Assembly: GCA_036785375.1 (NCBI GenBank)
Contig: JAWMAR010002299.1
Location: forward strand, 62,001 to 126,000
Direction: 5' to 3'
DNA from: Leucoraja ocellata
Taxonomy: Eukaryota
DNA: 64,000 nucleotides
Shown here: positions 12,236-24,161 of the stretch, in pieces
How positions within the stretch are numbered: the first letter of the stretch is position 1
Layout of the letters: each line of letters starts with the position of its first letter
The notes under the pieces: model-generated
The model's database searches: none
Seen by the model: the letters and a program-made list of their open reading frames with translations, nothing else
Told to the model about the DNA's origin: nothing
Translations under genes and position numbers: made by a program

Positions 12236-13371
12236 ATCATAGCAGCGACGACAGAGGGTTCATGGCCCCGACCACGGATAAACAAAGGAGGAGGACTGAC
12301 TGAACCTTGTTGCCTTTCGCCACAGTGAAGAATGCTGTGCTGGATGTTTTGTGTTAAATTCTATTGTGTATTGTGTGTTCTTTTTAAGTGTATCGCTGCT
12401 GGCAAATTTATTTCACTGCACCTTTGGGTGCATGTAACGAATACAATTGACTTTGACTTTTACACCTTTAGCCTTTGTCACTTACTGATTCAATTATTTT
12501 TTGTCACATGTACCATGTGAAACAATTAAATGCTTTGTTTTCCATACAACCTAGTAAAATCACGTGGCTGACCTCACCTGGGCAGTACACGATGTTTTGG
12601 TGTTCCACCCATCTGGCAATTTCCTCTCCCCACCCCCCCCCCCCCCCCCCCACCTGCATCCAGCCATCACTTGCTAGACTATTGCCCCACCTCACATTTC
12701 CAGCTTTCTCCCTTTACTCCATCAAGCTGAAGGCTTCTGACCAGATACTTCATTGGTCCATTCCTTCCAGATGTTGCCTGACCCACTGGTTTACTCCAGC
12801 AGACTTTTTTCTCCCTCAAGATTCCAGCACCGTGAATTCTAGTATTTTAAACCAAGAATAATCAGGAAAATACTTTCTCCTCCAAACATTTATTGGTCTG
12901 AAACCAGAGGTGGTTCTAAACAGGTCCTTACCTGCATCCCATCTCCATACAGTTCAGGTCCTGACAGATTGACAAAGTCAGACAATTCAAATTAATACAC
13001 CACTAATGATTCAAAATCTCCCACCATCTTCATCACACCCTTAATCTCACAGCAATACTTTTAACGACAAGGATTTGAAGGGCCTGAGCTCAGGGCAAGG
13101 TTGGGCAGGCAAAGAGGAGGCAGAAACGGTGCAAGAGAGAGGGTGTCCGTGCTAGGCTGAGAGATAATGCTAGCTGGCCGGCCAGCTCTCCCATCTATCC
13201 TACTCTCCAACGTCCGCTTCCTGGAAAACAAACTGGACAACATCCAACTTCAGTGGAGTACACAGCGAGCGACTAGGGACTGCTGTGTCTGTGTTTTACT
13301 GAGATCGAGTCCCGGACGTGGCCATTCAGCTAGCCGGGCTAGTCTCGCACCGAGCCGACAGAGAACCATCA

Positions 13372-14050
13372 CAGGTACACAAAAATGCTGGAGAAACTCA
13401 GCGGGTGCAGCAGCATCTATGGAGCGAAGGAAATAGGTGACGTTTCAGGCTGAAACCCTTCTTCAGACTGATGGGGGGTGGGGGAGAGAAGGAAGGAAAA
13501 AGGGAAGAGGAAGAGCCCGAGGGCGGGGGGATGGGAGGAGACAGCTCGAGGGTTAAGGAAGGGGAGGAGACAGCAAGGGCTAGCAAAACTGGCAGGATTC
13601 AACGTTCATGCCATCCGGCCGCAAGCAACCCAGGCGGAATTTGAGGTGCTGTTCCTCCAATTTCCGGTGTTGCTCACTCTGGCAATGGAGGAGACCCAGG
13701 ACAGAGAGGTCGGATTGGGAATGGGAGGGGGAGTTGAAGTGCTGAGCCACCGGGAGTTCAGGTTGGTTATTGCGGACTGAGCGGAGTTGTTCTGCGAAAT
13801 GATCGCCCAACCTCTGCTTAGTCTCTCCGATGTAAATCAGCTGACACCTAGAGCAGCGGATGCAGTAGATGAGGTTGGAGGAGATACAGGTGAACCTCTG
13901 TCGCACCTGGAACGATTGCTTGGGTCCTTGAATGGAGTCGAGGGGGGAGGTGAAGGGACAGGTGTTGCATCTCTTGCGGTTGCAACGGAAAGTGCCCGGG
14001 GAGGGGGTGGTACGGGAGGGAAGGGAAGAATTGACAAGGGAGTTGCGCGG
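13372..14050 (-). mobile_element. Penelope-like element 3' fragment with GIY-YIG endonuclease; copy B at ~49994-50670
   Basis: NLIYCIRCSRCQLIYIGETKQRLGD.FAE, followed by a 3' region with ctgaagaagggtttcagcctgaaacgtc. Confidence 0.8.
13436..13470 (-). ncRNA. Putative minimal hammerhead ribozyme motif (Penelope-associated); copy B at 50058-50092
   Basis: CUGAAGA-a-GGG uuucag CCU-GAAA-CG-UC matches the hammerhead core with a palindromic stem III. Stem I is weak. Confidence 0.5.
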
Positions 14051-15096
14051 TAAGACTCGAGGTGGTGGCCTGTGTGTTTACATCAACACTGACTGGTGCA
14101 ACAACTCTGTCTTAGTCTCCAAGTTCTGTTCAATGCTGGTGGAGAATGCGATTGTGAGATGTAGACCTTTTTATTTGCCACGGGAGTTTACCACAGTGCT
14201 CATTGTTGCTGTTCACATCCCCCCCAGTGCTAATGCTAAGGAAACACTAGCTGTACTGTACTGTATGGAGCTTTATGCAATCTACAAAACACACACCCAG
14301 AAGGACTGTTTATTGCCGTAGGAGATTTTAACCGTGTAAATCTCAAAACTGTGCTTCCTAAATGTTACCAACATGTGGACTTTGCAACGAGAGGGGAGAA
14401 GGTGCTAGATCTTGTTTACACCAATATACCCAGTGCGTACGGGGTGGAGTCACGCCCCCATCTCGGATACTCAGACCACATCTCTGTCATGCTGATCCCA
14501 GCATACACACTGCTTGTCAGATGCTCCAGACCAGCTAAGAAACAGGTGAAGACCTGGCCAGCAGGAGCCATCTCTGCTCTCCAGGACTGCATTGACTGGC
14601 ACATGTTTAGGGAGGCAGCAACCCCCGGCGGCACCACTGGCTTGGAGGAGTACACGGCATCAGTGACTGGTTACATCAGTAAGTACATTGATGACATTAC
14701 TGTCACTGAGCTCATCACCACACGTCCCCAACAGTAAACCATGGATGACTGCAGAGGTACGTGCGCTGCTGAGAGCCCGAGACACGGCCTTCAGAGCAAG
14801 CGATAAGGAGGCCCTGAGAACAGCGAGGGACAAACTGTCCAGGGCCATCAGGGAAGCAAAGCGAGCGCATGCAAGGAAAATCCACGGCCACTTCAGTGAC
14901 AGCAGGGACACACTGAAGCCGTGGCAAGGCATCCAAGCCATCACCAATTTCAGGACATCAACACCAGCCTGTGACAGCGATGCCTCTCTGCCTGATGCGC
15001 TGAACATGTTCTACGCCCGGTTTGATGCACAGAACGACGTGGTGGCGAGGAAGACCACAACCCCCCCCCCCCCCCCCCCCCTGCGACCAGGTGGCT

Positions 15097-15740
15097 ATAG
15101 AAGCATAGAAACATAGAGACATAGAGACATAGAGACATAGAGACATAGAATCATAGAGACATAGAGACATAGACACATAGACACATAGACACATAGACAC
15201 ACAGACACATAGACACATAGACACACAGACACATAGACACATAGACACATAGAAACATAGAGACATAGAGACATAGAGACATAGAATCATAGAGACATAG
15301 ACAGATAGAGACATAGACACATAGACACATAGACACATGGACACATAGACACATAGACACACAGACACATAGACACACAGACACATAGACACATGGACAC
15401 ATAGACACATAGACACACAGACACATGGACACATAGACACATGGACACATAGACACATAGAAACATAGAGACACAGAGACATAGACACATAGAGACATAG
15501 AGACATAGACACATGGACACATAGACACATAGACCCATAGACACATGGACACATGGACACATAGAAACATAGACACATAGAGACATAGAGACATAGACAC
15601 ATAGACACATGGACACATAGACACATAGAGACATAGAAACATAGAGACATAGACACATAGAGACATAGACACATAGAGACAGAGACATAGACACATAGAG
15701 ACATAGAGACATAGAGACATAGACGCACAGACACATAGAA
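15097..15740 (-). repeat. Expanded CR1 8-bp tail microsatellite (ctatgtgt/ctatgtct/ctatgttt)n; copy B at ~51172-51770
   Basis: About 640 bp of octamer variants directly continuous with the CR1 3' UTR. Confidence 0.92.
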
Positions 15741-17172
15741 AATAGGTGCAGGAGGAGGCCATTCGGCCCTTCGAGCCAGCACCGCCATTCATTGTTATCA
15801 TGGCTGATCGTCCCCAATCAATAACCCGTGCCTGCCTTCTACCCATATCCCTTGACTCCACTACCCCAGAGCTCTATCTAACTCTCTCTTAAATCCATCC
15901 AGTGACTTGGCCTCCACTGCCCTCTGTGGCAGGGAATTCCACAAATTCACAACTCTCTGGGTGAAAAAGTTTTTTCTCACCTCAGTCTTAAATGGCCTCC
16001 CCTTTATTCTAAGACTGTGGCCCCTGGTTCTGGACTCGCCCAACATTGGGAACATTTTTCCTGCATCTAGCTTGTCCCGTCCTTTTATAATTTTATATGT
16101 TTCTATAAGAATCCCCCTCATCCTTCTAAACTCCAGTGAATACAAGCCTAGTCTTTTCAATCTTTCCTCATATGACAGTCCCGCCATCCCAGGGATCAAT
16201 CTCGTGAACCTACGCTGCACTGCCTCAATCACAAGAATGTCCTTCCTCAAATTAGGAGACCAAAACTGTACACAATACTCCAGATGTGGTCTCACCAGAG
16301 CCCTATACAACTGCAGAAGAACCTCTTTACTATTATACTGAAATCCTCTTGTTATGAAGAGCAACATTCCATTAGCTTTCTTCACTGCCTGCTGTACCTG
16401 TAAGCCAACTTTCAGTGACCGGTGTACAAGGACACCCAGGTCTCGCTGCACCTCCCCCTTATCTAACCTAACCCCATTGAGATAATAATCTGCCCCCTTG
16501 TTTTTGCCGCCAAAGTGGATAACCTCACATTTATCTATATTATACTGCATCTGCCACGCATCTGCCCACTTACTCAACCTGTCCATGTCACCTTGCAACC
16601 TCCTAACATCCACTTCACAGTTCACACTGTCACCCAGCTTTGTGTCATCCGCAAACTTGCTAGTGTTGCTCCTAATTCCCTCTTCCAAATCATGAATATA
16701 TATGGTAAACAGTTGCGGCCCCAACACCGAGCCTTGCGGCACTCCACTCACCACTGCCTGCCATTCTGAAAAGGACCCGTTCACTTCTACTATTTGCTTC
16801 TGGTCTGCCAACCAATTTTCTATCCATGTCAACACCCTACCCCCAATACCATGTGTTCTAATTTTGGTCACCAGTCTCCCGTGCGGGACCTTATCAAAGG
16901 CTTTCTGAAAGTCTAGATACACTACATCCACTGGCACCCCTTCATCCATTTTACTTGTCACATCCTGAAAAGATTCCAGAAGATTAGTCAAGCATGATTT
17001 CCCTTTCATAAATCCATGTTGACTTGGACTAATACTTTTACTGCTATCCAAATGCCCCATTATCACCTCTTTAATAATTGACTCCAGCATCTTTCCCATC
17101 ATCGAAGTCAGGCTATCTGGCCTGTAATTCCCCGTTTTCTCTCTCGCTCCTTTCTTGAAAAGTGGGATAACA
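15741..17172 (-). mobile_element. 5'-truncated CR1 LINE (RT domain ORF 15861-17102); copy B at ~51771-53200, frameshifted
   Basis: QHGF, YLDFQKAFDKV, GVPQGSVLGP and KFADDTK motifs, plus the CR1 3' UTR. Confidence 0.92.
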
Positions 17173-17489
17173 TTAGCGCTGCGCTACCTCATAACGCTGC
17201 ACTCTCTGAATAGCAAGAATGTCCTTCCTCAAATTAGGGGACCAAAACTGTACACAATACTCCGGGTGTGGTCTGACTAGGGCCCTGTACAACTGCAGAA
17301 GGACCTCTTTGTTCCTATACTCAAATCTTCTTGGTAGAAAGGCCATGCAAACCTCTTCTCTTGAGCTTGGCAGTCTGAATCTAGTGCCATAACTATTCAT
17401 AACTGTGTTCATACTGAATCAGATTTTGACGGTGTGAGACGCGTATTGGCTTTTGATGGTATGATACGGGAATTTGCTTGGATAAACTG

Positions 17490-18204
17490 AATTCAGGAAG
17501 GTCAGAGGGGGCAGACATACCCCCATCCATATAAACGGGACTGAGGTGGAGCGCGTCTCCAACTACAAATTCCTCGGGGTACACATCTCGGAGGATCTGT
17601 CCTGGTCCCTCAACACCTCCAAGCAGCAGTGCCTTTACTTCCTGAGGAGGCTCAAGAAAGCTCACCTGTCCCCCCAGATCCTGACCAACTTTTACCGCTG
17701 TACCATCAAAAGCATCCTGACCACCTGCTTCACGGTATGGTACAGCAGTTGCACCGTAGCGGACAGGAAGGCACTACAACGGGTGGTGAAAACCGCGCAG
17801 TACATCATCGGTGACCCGCTCCCTGCCATGGATGCCCTCCATCGAAAACGGTGTCTGAGACGGGCCGGGAAGATCATCAAAGACCCCTCCCACCCCAACC
17901 ATGGACTGTTTGCCCTCCTCCCATCAGGGAGGCAGTACAGGAGCCTCAGGTCTCGTACCAGTAGGATGAGGAACAGCTTCTACAATAATACCATCACATT
18001 ACTGAACTCGGAGTCCCGCCGATAGATTTCTCCAGTCTCTCCGTCCACACCGTTCGATTTCGATTATTGTTTGATTATTCTGTATTTTTATTTTTATTTC
18101 TATATTGCACTATACTATGGACTGACGCTAAACTGCATTTTGTTGTACCCATACTTATAATTGTTGATTGACATTAAAGTTGAATTGAATTGAATTGAAT
18201 TGAA
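17490..18204 (+). mobile_element. Rex1/Babar-like LINE 3' end; copy B at ~53518-54246
   Basis: YKFLGVHISEDLSW...FYRCTIKSILT...DPSHPNHGLFALLPSGR, with a (ttgaa)n tail. Confidence 0.8.
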
Positions 18205-19505
18205 ATAATACTTAAAGGCTTGACGATAGATATGCAATGGCAAACATTTAAAGATCCTATGGATGAATTGCACCAATTGTTCACCCGTCAGGTGTAAAAA
18301 TAAAACAGGGAAAGCGGCTCAACCGTGGCAAATAATGGAAATTAGGGAATATTAAATCCAGGCATATAAATTGGCAAGATAAAGCAACAAACTGGGAGAA
18401 ATTTAAATTTAATATTTAACAGAGGAGGAGAAATGGATGAATTCAGTGGGGGTAAATAGAGCATGAACGGAAACTTGTGGGGGAAATATTAGTGAAGACA
18501 AATATAGGCCCCTTACAGTCAGAAACAGGTTAATTTATACTGGGAAACAAGAAATTGGCAGACCAGTTACACAAATACTTTGGTTCTGTCTTCACTAAGG
18601 AAGACACAAACAATCTTCCAGAAATACAAGGGGACCGAGGATCTAGTGGGAGGGAGGAAGTGAAGGGAATCCACATGATTCAGGAAAAGTTGTTAGGTAA
18701 ACTGTTGGGACAGAAGACATGTAAATCCCCAGGGCCTGATGGTCTGCATCCGAAACAACACAAGGAGGTGGCCCTCGAAATCGCGCATGTATTGGTAATC
18801 ATTTTCCAATGTTCTATAGACATTTGGTTAGTTCCAGTGAACTGGAGGGTACCTAATGTAACCCCACCTTTTAAGAAAGAGGGGAAAGAGAAAACAGGGA
18901 ATTATAGACCAGTTAGCCTGACATTGGTAGTGGGTTGTACAGGGCTCTGGTGAGAACACACCTGAGCATCTGGTGCAATTTTGGTCTCCTAATTTGCGGA
19001 AGGACATTCGTGTCAATGAATGAGCACAGCATAGGTTCACAGGGTTAATTCCCGGGATGTCTGGACAGACATATGATGAAAGAATGGATCGACTGGGCTT
19101 AAATGAAGGGATTAAGATGGGTGAGAGGAGATCTTATAGAAAGATATATAATTCTTAAGGGTTTGGACAGGCTGGATGCAGGAAAAATGTTCCTGATATT
19201 GGGGGTTCAGACCTATGGGTCACGGTTTAAGAATAAGGATTAGGCCATTTAGTACTGAGATGAGGAAAACCTTTTTTTTAGCAAGAGAGTTGTGAATTTG
19301 TGGAATTCTCTGCCTCAGAAGGCAGTGGAGGCCAATTCACTGGATGTTTTCAAGAGAGAGCTAGATATAGTGCTTGGGGCTAATGGAATCAAAGGATATG
19401 GGGAGAAAGCAAGAACGGGGTAATGATTTTGGACGATCACATTGAATGACGGTTTGTGCTCAATAGGCCAAACGACCTCCGCCTGCACCTATTTTCTATG
19501 TTTTT
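18205..19505 (+). mobile_element. Older CR1 LINE fragment with an internal deletion; copy B at ~54247-55548
   Basis: KSPGPDGLHP and GNYRPVSLT are joined directly to the C-terminal region. Degenerate CR1 3' UTR. Confidence 0.75.
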
Positions 19506-19511
19506 ATATTT

Positions 19512-19975
19512 AACTAATGTGTTCTAAGTAACCTGCGAACCCTGGTATACCTGCTTTCTGCACTGTGGGATCAATTAACCTGTTCCTTTCTATATAACTT
19601 GCTAGCCTCTGTGCCACTATGCTAAAGAAAATCTTGCCATCTACATTTAGGAGACAAACAGCCTAAACTGATTTAACTCTGGAGACTCTTTCTTCTAGGG
19701 AATGAACATTCCCCCTGCTCTATGCCAAACCCTTGGTATGACCTGCGTCTACCAAAATATTGGACAGAGCCTCTGCGAGAATCTAAGCACATCAGGTGCA
19801 CTTTTATGTACCCGGTAAGGGACTCCATTTGGTCCCGGTGCAGAAGAAGCATTTCCACGCCATATTACTGCTTCCACTTCCTTCCACTTTTGTGGCAAAA
19901 CATCTAACTCTAACATCTGTCTCCTAAGGTGGTAACTCTGGAGGGAGACACGGGCCCGATACTGGGGCCCATGAC
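19512..19975 (-). mobile_element. R2-group (Hero/NeSL-like) non-LTR retrotransposon RT fragment; copy B at ~55555-56286
   Basis: Minus-strand peptides SSAPGPNGVPYRVHK and LLNVDGKIFFSIVAQRL...IDPTVQKAGIPGFAGYLEH. Confidence 0.6.
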
Positions 19976-21451
19976 GACTGAGGATTGGCGGGTAGCAAAC
20001 ATAACCCCACTTTTTAAGAAGGGAGGGAGAGACAAAACGGGGAATTACAGACCAGTCTAACATCGGTAGTGGGGAAACTGCTAGAGTCAGTTATTAAAGA
20101 TAGGATAGCAGCACATTTGGAAAGTGGTGAAATCATTGGACAAAGTCAGCATGGATTTACGAAAGGTAAATCATGTCGGACGAATCTTATAGAATTTTTC
20201 GAGGATGTAACTAGTAGCGTGGATAGGGGAGAACCAGTGGATGTGGTGTATCTGGACTTCCAGAACGCTTTCGACAAGGTCCCACATAAGAGATTAGTAT
20301 ACAAACTTAAAGTACACGTCATTGGGGGTTCAGTATTGATGTGGATAGAGAACTGGCTGGCAAACAGGAAGCAAAGAGTAGGAGTAAACGGGCCCTTTTC
20401 ACAATGGCAGGCAGTGACTAGTGGGGTACCGCAAGGCTCAGTGCTGGGACCCCAGCTATTTACAATATATATTAATGATCTGGATGAGAGAATTGAAGGC
20501 AATATCTCCAAGTTTGCGGATGACACTAAGCTGGGGGGCAGTGTTAGCTGTGAGGAGGATGCTAGGAGACTGCAAGGTGACTTGGATAAGCTGGGTGAGT
20601 GGGCAAATGTTTGGCAGATGCAGTACAATGTGGATAAATGTGAGGTTATCCATTTTGGTGGCAAAAACAGGAAAGCAGACTATTATCTAAATGGTGGCCG
20701 ACTAGGAAAAGGGGAGATGCAGCGAGACCTGGGTGTCATGGTACACCAGTCATTGAAAATAGGCATGCAGGTGCAGCAGGCAGTGAAGAAAGCGAATGGT
20801 ATGTTAGCTTTCCTAGCAAAAGGATTTGAGTATAGGAGCAGGGAGGTTCTACTGCAGTTGTACAGGATCTTGGTGAGACCACACCTGGAGTATTGCGTAC
20901 AGTTTTGGTCTCCAAATCTGAGGAAGGACATTATTGCCAAAGATGGAGTGCAGAGACGGTTCACCAGACTGATTTCTGGGATGTCAGGACTGTCTTATGA
21001 AGAAAGACTGGATAGACTTGGTTTATACTCTCTAGAATTTAGGAGATTGAGAGGGGATCTTATAGAAACTTACAAAATTCTTAAGGGGTTGGACAGGCTA
21101 GATGCAGGAAGATTGCTCCCGATGTTGGGGAAATCCAGGACAAGGGGCCACAGCTTAAGGATAAGGGGGAAATCCTTTAAAACCGAGATGAGAAGACATT
21201 TTTTCACACAGAGAGTGGTGAGTCTCTGGAACTCTCTGCCGCGGAGGGTAGTCGAAGCCAGTTCATTGGCTATATTTAAGAGGGAGTTAGATGTGGCCCT
21301 TGTGGCTAAGGGGATCAGAGGGTATGGAGAGAAGTCAGGTACAGGATACTGAGTTGGATAATCAGCTATGATCATATTGAATGGCGGTGCAGGCTCGAAG
21401 GGCCGAATGGCCTACTCCTGCACCTAATTTCTATGTTTCTATGTTTCTATG
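19976..21451 (+). mobile_element. 5'-truncated CR1 LINE (RT ORF 20069-21352); copy B at ~56288-57768
   Basis: Complete RT motifs, CR1 3' UTR and a ttctatgt tail. Confidence 0.92.
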
Positions 21452-21580
21452 ACAGGCCCACTCAGTATTCAAACAACGTAAGGTCCGAAAACACAAATCC
21501 CATTCAGTGTTGGTGTTGCATGATGCCACAGAAAGTAGGCCCAATCTCTATTCAATGTACTCTGGACCCAATCACTTTAG

Positions 21581-21785
21581 ATTAGATTAGATTAGATTAG
21601 ACTTTATTAATCCCCTTATTCAGGGGCAATTCAGATGTCCTTGCAGCACTAATAAAAATACAACATAGCATTCAAGAAGAAATTCAACACCAAAACACAA
21701 AAACATGTTTAGCACAAAGTCCAGTATCCATCCTCTTGTCCACCCAAAGTCGGGCCTATTGAGGCCTCCACAGTCGCCACCACGG
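21581..21785 (-). mobile_element. Copy-A-specific LINE 3' fragment with (tctaa)n tail
   Basis: Absent at the matching copy B site (cactttagtcgc near 57890). Flanked by TTAG on both sides. Confidence 0.8.
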
Positions 21786-23026
21786 TTAGTCGCGGTTACC
21801 CTGATAGTGCGCTGAATGGGCCAAATGCAATCAGCCGAGAGTAGTCCAGGATACCCAACTAGTGGGATGAGTGGCTTTGTGGCTCCATGTGGCCTATTCT
21901 TATTTTGGGGGCCGATACTAACTCACTCACCCGCCATCAAAGGCCCAATCAATGTCTAAGTGAAAGCGCACCCAAGATGGGTACCAGGCAAATCGATCTG
22001 AACTAATTTACAATCTATTGGAGTCATGCGATCCCAGCTAATTCCAGAAATGGTGGAACACGAGGTAAAACGAGAGCACATTTAGAGCAAGGTGCTGGTT
22101 CCTTCGATAAACAAATATAGCAAACTAGGTTAGGCTTTTGTAGTTCTGCTTTTATTTGTGATTTAACAGAAACATATTACAGAGATGTTTTTAAAAGCAT
22201 AACACGAAGTGGTCAAAACAACTGAATTCCACACTGAGACCAGGTACATTGAACATGTAGCTTGAGAGTCAAAGGTTAGCTCTGAATTAAGGACAATTGA
22301 GCAAAAAAGGAGTAAATAGATATTTGCTCATATGCAGAATGTGTGCATGTGTTGTTGGGTATGTATTTACACATGCATAGACATTACATTTATTTACAGG
22401 CCTTTGGTTAGGCCGCAGTTGCAGTATAGTGTGGAGGTCCAGGTCGTCCCTTCGAGGGAATAATGTGGAGGCTTTGGAGAAGAACTTAAATCGGGCGCGG
22501 GGCTTTATTTCACAGAGGCCCAGGACCGTTGGAGAGTGTGGAGGAGGGTCAGGGCGGTGAGTACTTAAATCGGGCGCGGGGCTTTATTTCACAGAGGCCC
22601 GGGACCGTTGGAGAGCAGTGGAGGAGGGTCAGGGCTTTTACTGAAATCCGTAACGTTCCATACTCCATAGGGAGGGTTCTGGTGGAAGCCGCTGATTGGT
22701 GGAAGCAGACTAGAGGAAGCAGCTGATTGCATGCAACCTCAGGTTAGCATTTGTGCTTTCTGGTTAAAGGTACAGTGCTTTAGTAAAGGTACAGTGGACT
22801 AAGGGTACAGTGGGCTAAGGGTACAGTGGTCTAAAGATACAGTGCTTTAGTAAAGGTACAGTGGGCTAAAGGTACAGTGGGCTAAGGGTACAGTGCTTTT
22901 TGTTTATATAATTAAGGTGCAGTTTAAAGGTCAACAGAGCAGCTGTTGTGCGTCAGATACCTGCTGATTTCTCCCAGCAGTTTCTATTGGATTATACTTG
23001 TATCGGATCCAGGGTAAGGCGGGAGA

Positions 23027-23878
23027 ATGACAGTCAGAGCAGTGTACTGTTCTGGATGTCAGATGTGGGAGGTCATGGTGTCGGATGGCCCTCCAGACGT
23101 CCACATCTGCACCAGGTGCAGCGAGATGGGGCACCTAAGGGACCGTATTAGGATCCTGGAGCAGCAGCTCGATGACCTCTGTCTGATCAGGGAGAGTGAG
23201 GAGGTCATAGAGGGGAGTTATAGGGAGGTGGTCACTCCAAAACCACGGGAGAGAGACATGTGGGTCACGCTAAGGAAGGGCAAGGGGCAGAGGCAGGGAC
23301 GAGTGAGTACTCCAATGTCGGTCCACCTCGCAAATAAATACTCCTGTTTGAGTACGGATGGGGGTGACAGCCTACCCGGGGGTAGTGACAGTGGACGGGC
23401 CTCCAGCACAGAGACCGGCCCTGTTGCTCCGAAAGGTAGGGGAAAAAAGAAGAGGGCAATAGTAATTGGGGACTCTATTGTTAGGGGGTCGGATAGGCGA
23501 TTCTGTGGACGCAGTCGGGAGACCAGGATGGTGGTCTGCCTCCCTGGTGCCAAGGTCTCGGACGTGTCTCAACGCATCCAAGATATCCTGAAATCAGAGG
23601 GAGAGGAGCCTGAGGTAGTGGTACATATAGGTACCAATGACATAAGTAAAAAAAGGGAAGAGGTCCTGAAGGGAGGATTTAGTGAGTTGGGAGGAGAGTT
23701 AAGGAAAAGGATCAAAAAGGTAACAATCTCAGGATTACTGCCTGTGCCACGCGACAGTGAGAGTAGGAATGGAGCGAGGTGGAGGATAAATGCGTGGATG
23801 ACAGATTGGTGCAGTGGGCAGGGATTCAAGTTTCTGGATCATTGGGACTTCTTTTGGGGAAGGATGGGTTGCACTTGA
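23027..23878 (+). CDS. CR1 ORF1 (Cys-rich N-terminus plus SGNH esterase-like domain), C-terminally frameshifted
   Basis: CSGC...CTRC, AIVIGDSIVR and VVVHIGTND. The DGLHLN motif is shifted out of frame. Confidence 0.8.
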   Translation: MTVRAVYCSGCQMWEVMVSDGPPDVHICTRCSEMGHLRDRIRILEQQLDDLCLIRESEEVIEGSYREVVTPKPRERDMWVTLRKGKGQRQGRVSTPMSVHLANKYSCLSTDGGDSLPGGSDSGRASSTETGPVAPKGRGKKKRAIVIGDSIVRGSDRRFCGRSRETRMVVCLPGAKVSDVSQRIQDILKSEGEEPEVVVHIGTNDISKKREEVLKGGFSELGGELRKRIKKVTISGLLPVPRDSESRNGARWRINAWMTDWCSGQGFKFLDHWDFFWGRMGCT

Positions 23879-24161
23879 ACCCGAGGGGGGACCAATATCC
23901 TGGCGGGGAAATTTGCAAAGGCTACTGGGGAGACTTTAAACTAGAATGGTTGGGGTGAGGGACTCAAATAGAGAAAGCTAGTAGACAGAATGGGAGGCAG
24001 GAAGCAGAAAAGGGAAGCACTCGGACACAAGAGAAGAAAGAAAAAAAAGGAAATAAACAGAGAATAAGGGGCGGGGGGTTTCTTAAATGTGTATATTTTA
24101 ATGCTAGGAGCATTGTAAGAAAGGTGGATGAGCTTAGATTGACACCTGCAAGAATGATGTT

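Larger units (their letters stand above)
13070..15090 (+). mobile_element. Rex1/Babar-like LINE, endonuclease region (interrupted); copy B at ~49670-51165
   Basis: Motifs [44 protein letters not shown] and PNSKPWMT. Split by a Penelope-like insertion. Confidence 0.75.

Noticed and set aside
14958-15861. Long Cys/Val/Ser/Met-rich ORFs (also 51093-51890)
   Set aside because: They are translations of the stop-free CR1 tail microsatellite.
16498-20964. Antisense ORFs such as MPPKWITSHLS and MNRLCTPS
   Set aside because: They are shadow frames of CR1 reverse transcriptase.
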